DNA of 43,726 nucleotides from the IMG/VR virus record IMGVR_UViG_3300016665_000253, positions 1 to 43,726 of that record, one strand, 5' to 3'. The first letter of the stretch is position 1. The number at the start of each line of letters is the position of its first letter. The position numbers and the translations under genes were made by a program. This DNA comes from a virus. The notes beneath the pieces are model-generated. The model worked only from the letters and a program-made list of their open reading frames with translations. It searched no databases and had not been told where the DNA came from. Below are positions 39,896 to 43,726 of the stretch, piece by piece.

Positions 39896-40194
39896 CCACG
39901 AAATACGCCGCCGACAATCTCGACTACTCGCTGCAGTTCGACCTCGCGACAGGCGAGTCGCTCGTCACCGCGACGTGGACGCTCACGCGTACCATCGTCG
40001 GCGAAGCGGCCGGGACCGACCTCGTCGCAGGCACGGGCGCACGAGCTCCATCTGTCAGTGGCGACCTCGCAACCATCTGGCTCAGCGGTGGTCGCGTCGG
40101 CGAGTCGTGGACGGTGGCGGCAGTCGTGACGACCGACAGCACACCGTCGCGTCAACTCGCAGGCTCGATGCTCATCACCATCGCCGCGCTCTAG
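39892..40194 (+). CDS. Hypothetical protein (100 aa), possibly fibre-adaptor-like; last gene of the rightward block
   Basis: ATGA overlap. DYSLQFDL..SLVTATWT..ATIWLSGGRVGESWTVAAVVTT resembles small phage fibre-adaptor proteins only loosely. Confidence 0.45.
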   Translation: MTTKYAADNLDYSLQFDLATGESLVTATWTLTRTIVGEAAGTDLVAGTGARAPSVSGDLATIWLSGGRVGESWTVAAVVTTDSTPSRQLAGSMLITIAAL

Positions 40195-40234
40195 TCTTGC
40201 CTCGGTAGCGGTATCCTCGCCCGCCGCCCGTGAG

Positions 40235-40281
40235 CCCCGCCTCTCTGCCCTTGCGGGTGGAGGGGCGGGGCTTTTCGTTTT
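40235..40281 (+). terminator. Rho-independent terminator at the convergence point of the two transcription blocks
   Basis: ccccgcctctctgccc-ttgc-gggtggaggggcgggg pairs at 13 of 16 positions and is followed by cttttcgtttt. Confidence 0.75.
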
Positions 40282-40292
40282 CCGTCAGCGCG

Positions 40293-40541
40293 TCACGGCT
40301 CGCTCTTGCGCGTGACCAGCGCCTCGCGCAGCACCTCGAGCGCGGCCTCTGCGCGGTGGTATTCAGCTTCTCGCCCGTCGAGCGCCTGCCGCAGCTCGCG
40401 CTGCACACGTGCGAGCGTCCGCGTCGCATCGTCGCGCTGCGTCATGCAGCGATGAAGTTCGGCGTACTGGATTCCAAGGGTCTGCCGCAACTCGCGCAGC
40501 TCAGCCTCGAGCTGCTGTACTCGCACCGCGTCGTCGCTCAT
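40293..40541 (-). CDS. Small coiled-coil protein (82 aa), last gene of the leftward block
   Basis: ATG 40541 follows GGAGG and forms an ATGA overlap. MSDDAVRVQQLEAELRELRQ..MTQRDDATRTLARVQREL. Confidence 0.55.
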   Translation of the reverse strand: MSDDAVRVQQLEAELRELRQTLGIQYAELHRCMTQRDDATRTLARVQRELRQALDGREAEYHRAEAALEVLREALVTRKSEP

Positions 40542-40756
40542 ACTGCCTCCGTCGTCCAGTCCTCGGCCAAGCCCCACACACGCACGCTCGCGCCGTCGAG
40601 CCACAATCGCGAGCCCTCGCGCGCCGATTGCAGCCCGACCGTGAGCCCGCCGTCGAGCACCTCGACGACGCGCCACACGCAGCCCCAGCCGTCGCGCAGG
40701 CGCATCCCGACCTCGATGACGGGCAGCGGTGATGTGCCGGTGTAGAGCGTCGTCAT
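40538..40756 (-). CDS. Hypothetical protein (72 aa)
   Basis: ORF 40538..40840 trimmed to ATG 40756, giving an ATGA overlap. MTTLYTGTSPLPVIEVGMRLRDGWG.. Confidence 0.5.
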   Translation of the reverse strand: MTTLYTGTSPLPVIEVGMRLRDGWGCVWRVVEVLDGGLTVGLQSAREGSRLWLDGASVRVWGLAEDWTTEAV

Positions 40757-41220
40757 TCGCGCACCTCGAAATACTCCCGCGCTCGCGACAAGAAGAACTC
40801 TTCGTCGCCGACGTCGCCGGTCTTGCGCGACTGCACCCACCCGTGCAGCAGCATCCGCGCGTGCGAGTAGTCGACTTGCAGCGACTGCAGCCTGTTGTGT
40901 GCGTCGCGCAGCTCGTCGAGGCGCGCGACTGCCGTGCGATACGCCGACGTCCTGCGGCCCTCGTCAACGGCCAGCGTCGTGGCCTTGGCCTTCTGCGCGC
41001 TGATGGCGTCGTTGAGCGCGCCCGTGAGCACGCGCCGCAGTTCGTATTCCTCCGCATCGCTAGCGTCGGTGCGCCCTCGCGCGCGCAACTCGGCGGCGAG
41101 GCATCGCTCATGCGTCGCATTCTCTTCGCGCGATATCGCGTCGTAGCAGCGGCGGCACACCCAGTCAGACGACGCGGTGCAGACGTCGCACGTGATGTCG
41201 TCGGTCACGTCGTCGGTCAC
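40753..41220 (-). CDS. Zinc-ribbon plus coiled-coil protein (155 aa)
   Basis: GTG 41220 forms a GTGA overlap with the upstream stop. N-terminal CDVC-x8-CRRC. Confidence 0.5.
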   Translation of the reverse strand: MTDDVTDDITCDVCTASSDWVCRRCYDAISREENATHERCLAAELRARGRTDASDAEEYELRRVLTGALNDAISAQKAKATTLAVDEGRRTSAYRTAVARLDELRDAHNRLQSLQVDYSHARMLLHGWVQSRKTGDVGDEEFFLSRAREYFEVRE

Positions 41221-41669
41221 GGTTTCACCTCTTCCAGCGTATCGTCCGCGAGGTCGCGGATCGCGATCATCTCGGAGAATCCCGGCGTGTTCGGGAATGG
41301 GCACACGCCGACCCACGGACGGCACTCAACCAGCCGCGCGCGAAGCTGACGGCGTTCTGCGCGTAGCTTGTCAATCTCGCGGGCGTTCGCGTTCCGCTGA
41401 TCTTCGACTTCCTCGACCTTCTTCCGCCATGAGTCCGCGATGGTCTTGTCGTATCCGGCGCGGATGCGGAGGTGCATCTGGTGTTCTGTCTCTTCGAGCG
41501 CCGCACGCGCCTCGTCACGCTCACGCACGACACGCGCGACTGCTTGAAGCGGGTGCTCGTCCGCTGTGCGCCCGCACAAGCTCGCGATGCGTTCAAGGTC
41601 TGCCCACAGCGCATCGCGCTCTCGGCGCATCGCGTTGTAGTCGTCGGCCAGCCTGTCGAGGTCGCTCAT
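41217..41669 (-). CDS. Coiled-coil protein (150 aa) with ERDxL motifs
   Basis: ATGA overlap. MRRERDALWADLE, VVRERDEARAALE. Confidence 0.55.
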   Translation of the reverse strand: MSDLDRLADDYNAMRRERDALWADLERIASLCGRTADEHPLQAVARVVRERDEARAALEETEHQMHLRIRAGYDKTIADSWRKKVEEVEDQRNANAREIDKLRAERRQLRARLVECRPWVGVCPFPNTPGFSEMIAIRDLADDTLEEVKP

Positions 41670-42118
41670 GGCTTGCCGCTCCGAAGCGCGTCGACCGCGT
41701 CGACGGCGTCCATCAGTTCGCCGGGGACGCCGTCGTTGTAGCGGTGGCCCTTCGCCCCGAGGTTGGTGAGCCAGTCATTCGCGGCGGTGTAGACGCGGCG
41801 CAGCGCGTCGCGCTCTGCGGTCATGCGCTCCAGCGAGCGCACGAAAACGGCTCCCGCATCCTTCAGCCGCTCGACCTCGGCCCGCAACTGCTCGCGCTCA
41901 TCCTCTAGCGCCGTCACTACGTCCGTTAGATTTGACGCATGGACCGGATATATCCGCAGCGCCTTTTCCACAGATTGCTCTGCGACAGCGCGTTGCACCG
42001 CACCTTCCACCCATCGCGAAAACTCGACGCCAGCAGCCCGTGCCGCTTCGCGCGCGTAGTCGCGCAGCACAGGCTCTACCCACGCAGACAACATCACACG
42101 CCCGTCTTTGTGGCTCAC
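41666..42118 (-). CDS. RHH-like N-terminus plus coiled-coil protein (150 aa)
   Basis: GTGA overlap. RVMLSAWVEPVLRDYAREAARAAGVEFSRWVEGAVQRAV has a strand-helix-helix pattern. MTAERDALRRV. Confidence 0.5.
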   Translation of the reverse strand: MSHKDGRVMLSAWVEPVLRDYAREAARAAGVEFSRWVEGAVQRAVAEQSVEKALRIYPVHASNLTDVVTALEDEREQLRAEVERLKDAGAVFVRSLERMTAERDALRRVYTAANDWLTNLGAKGHRYNDGVPGELMDAVDAVDALRSGKP

Positions 42119-42513
42119 GTCTCACCCCGCATCTTCGCGCCGATCGCCTTGACCTCGGCCAGCGTCTGCGCCAACCGCTGCGCCCGATGCGCGCGGTCTG
42201 CATCTTCGGCCTTGCGCCACGTGTCGCGCTCGGCGGTCACAATCATCAGGTCGCACCGCACGACGTCGAGCTCTGCGCGCAGCTCGCGCACCTCGCGGTC
42301 GTGGTGGTCGCGCATGATGTCGCAAAGACGCTGCGCCGAGTCGCGCTCGCCCTCCGCGCGAAACGCACGCAGCGTCATCTCACGCGCGCGTTCGATCACC
42401 ACGTTGTTCGGCTGGCCGACGACGTGCAGCGCCTCAGCCACTTGGTCCAGCGCCTCGCAGAGCTGGTCGTACATCGCGCGCAGTCGTGCCTCTTCCATCG
42501 TGCTCATGTTCAC
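42115..42513 (-). CDS. Coiled-coil protein (~130 aa) with ERDxW motif
   Basis: Start is GTG 42513 (GTGA overlap) or ATG 42507 after GAGGTG. VTAERDTWRKAED. Confidence 0.55.
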   Translation of the reverse strand: MNMSTMEEARLRAMYDQLCEALDQVAEALHVVGQPNNVVIERAREMTLRAFRAEGERDSAQRLCDIMRDHHDREVRELRAELDVVRCDLMIVTAERDTWRKAEDADRAHRAQRLAQTLAEVKAIGAKMRGET

Positions 42514-42758
42514 CTCACTTTGTTTGCTTGCTCGACCTGACCAATCATCGCCTCAAGCCATCGCGACTGCGCCGTGATGCCATCGGCCAACGTGCCCCGC
42601 GTCCACGCGCTCCCTAACGCGCGCTTCGCAGCATCAACTTCGGCTCGCAGATTATCACGCTCGACCGTCGCCGCATAGAGTGTGCGGCCGAGCGCATCGA
42701 TCATCGCCTGTGCGCGCTGCAACTGCTCGCGCGCGTCGTCATCAGAACGGGATGTCAT
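42510..42758 (-). CDS. Small coiled-coil protein (82 aa)
   Basis: ORF 42510..42989 trimmed to ATG 42758, which lies inside the ssb 3' end. ATVERDNLRAEVD. Confidence 0.5.
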   Translation of the reverse strand: MTSRSDDDAREQLQRAQAMIDALGRTLYAATVERDNLRAEVDAAKRALGSAWTRGTLADGITAQSRWLEAMIGQVEQANKVR

Positions 42759-43158
42759 CGGTGTCGTTTGCTGCGTCGCTGGCCCAGCTATCGCCAGGGC
42801 GCGCGCCGCGCTTGCGCTCGATGAGCGGGCCGTCGCCGCTGTCGCGCTTGCTGTCGAGTAGCGTGAGGTCATTGACCGTGACTTCAAGGCCAAAGCCTTC
42901 GGTGCCGTCTTTGCGCGTGAACTTGCGCGGCTTGAGTCGGCCATTGACCGCAACGCGCGTGCCCTTCTTGAGAAACTGCGCGACGCCAATCTTGCCGTCG
43001 AACAGCGTCAAGTCGAAGAACGTCGCCTCGTCCTCACGGCGATAACCGCTGACGGCCAGCGCGACGTTGCACACGGACTTGCCGTTCTTTGTCTGGCGCA
43101 CCTCTGCATCGCGCACGATGCGCCCGGTCAAGTTGATGTTGTTCTGGTCTGCGCTCAC
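42742..43158 (-). CDS. ssb: Single-stranded DNA-binding protein
   Basis: OB-fold start NINLTGRIVRDAEVRQTKNGKSVCNVALAV and acidic tip DTDDIPF. GTGA overlap with the recT stop. Confidence 0.9.
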   Translation of the reverse strand: MSADQNNINLTGRIVRDAEVRQTKNGKSVCNVALAVSGYRREDEATFFDLTLFDGKIGVAQFLKKGTRVAVNGRLKPRKFTRKDGTEGFGLEVTVNDLTLLDSKRDSGDGPLIERKRGARPGDSWASDAANDTDDIPF

Positions 43159-43726
43159 TGGTCCTCCTCTTCTGCGATGTCCGCGCGCCGCTCGGCCTCG
43201 AGCTGCGCAATCAGTGTCTGCCGCGCGGCCTCAACGCGCTGCCGCGCACGATGCGCCGCCGACGTCACGCGCGCTCGGTCGTCGCGCGAGAGCTGCTGCC
43301 AGTGCGCCGCGACGAGGTCGGTACGCAGTTGCGCGATCTCGACGTCGGTCGACGCCACGTCGTAGGCCGCGACGATGCGCTCGCAGATGCCGTCGCCAGC
43401 CGTAGCAGGCGCTGCAACAGCCTCGCCGTGCGCCTCGATGGCAGCAGGCGGTGCCGCAGCCTCGACGCGCTCTGCGGGCTGCTGGACGCGCTGTGCGGGC
43501 TGCTCGTCGCGGTCGTCGTTGCCGCTGCCGCTGCGCAGCTCGTCGGGCGTGTACACGCTGCCGGCGAAACAATCGGCCGCATATGCGCGAGCGCCTGCCG
43601 TGATGGCGCGAGCACGCAGCATCGCGCGCGGATATTTGCGCCACGTCGCGCTGCCCCACAGGCCCGCACGCTCAGCGTCCTGACGCGAGAACGTGCTCAC
43701 GTACGGCGGCATCCCCGCGCGGCTGA
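43155..43726 (-). CDS. recT: RecT/Red-beta-superfamily single-strand annealing protein, 3' part; 5' part is at 1..332 across the circular junction
   Basis: The reading frame stays open to the window end. WRKYPRAMLRARAITAGARAYAADCFAGSVYTPDE resembles the conserved W-x-YP-x-ML-x-RA..G-x-Y..DE block of Bet/RecT annealases. The joined length is 882 nt (293 aa). Confidence 0.8.
   Translation of the reverse strand, partial: SRAGMPPYVSTFSRQDAERAGLWGSATWRKYPRAMLRARAITAGARAYAADCFAGSVYTPDELRSGSGNDDRDEQPAQRVQQPAERVEAAAPPAAIEAHGEAVAAPATAGDGICERIVAAYDVASTDVEIAQLRTDLVAAHWQQLSRDDRARVTSAAHRARQRVEAARQTLIAQLEAERRADIAEEEDQ
43705..43726. repeat. Terminal overlap; identical to 1..22
   Basis: Exact 22-nt identity with the window start. 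Confidence 0.9.

Overview
The window is a complete, circularly closed genome of about 43.7 kb from a high-GC tailed dsDNA phage. G+C is roughly two-thirds by eye. The first 22 nt and the last 22 nt are identical, and this overlap falls inside a recT-type gene in frame. The unique length is therefore about 43,704 bp, and the window ends are an arbitrary cut rather than physical termini.

There are two transcription blocks.

1. A leftward early block starts at a promoter/operator region near 3444-3510 and runs down through position 1. It wraps to 43726 and ends at 40293. It encodes small unknown proteins, a strongly acidic protein, a Gp157-like protein, the RecT/Bet-type annealase, SSB, and a run of small coiled-coil, RHH and zinc-ribbon proteins.

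2. A rightward block runs from 3566 to 40194.
- Regulators: an RHH protein with an AT-hook and a winged-helix protein.
- Replication: an initiator with an internal iteron/AT-rich origin, and a DnaB helicase.
- Accessory genes: four tandem paralogous double zinc-finger genes, two more Cys-containing small genes, and a lower-GC DNA methyltransferase cassette inserted into rusA.
- Late genes: RusA, a candidate late regulator, TerS/TerL, and a Mu-like head module (portal, MuF, protease-scaffold, decoration, capsid).
- Tail: a siphovirus-type module comprising a major tail protein, a chaperone pair with a candidate -1 frameshift, a tape measure and large distal proteins.
- Remaining genes: a LamG plus SGNH-esterase fibre, a lysis cassette, and a terminal fibre-like cluster with 21-aa-repeat proteins.

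The two blocks converge on a strong hairpin terminator at about 40235-40281.

I could not recognise an integrase, transposase, partition gene, tRNA or CRISPR array. Most gene junctions are ATGA, GTGA or TGATG overlaps. Functional calls rest on motif recognition by eye, gene order and size. No database search was possible.
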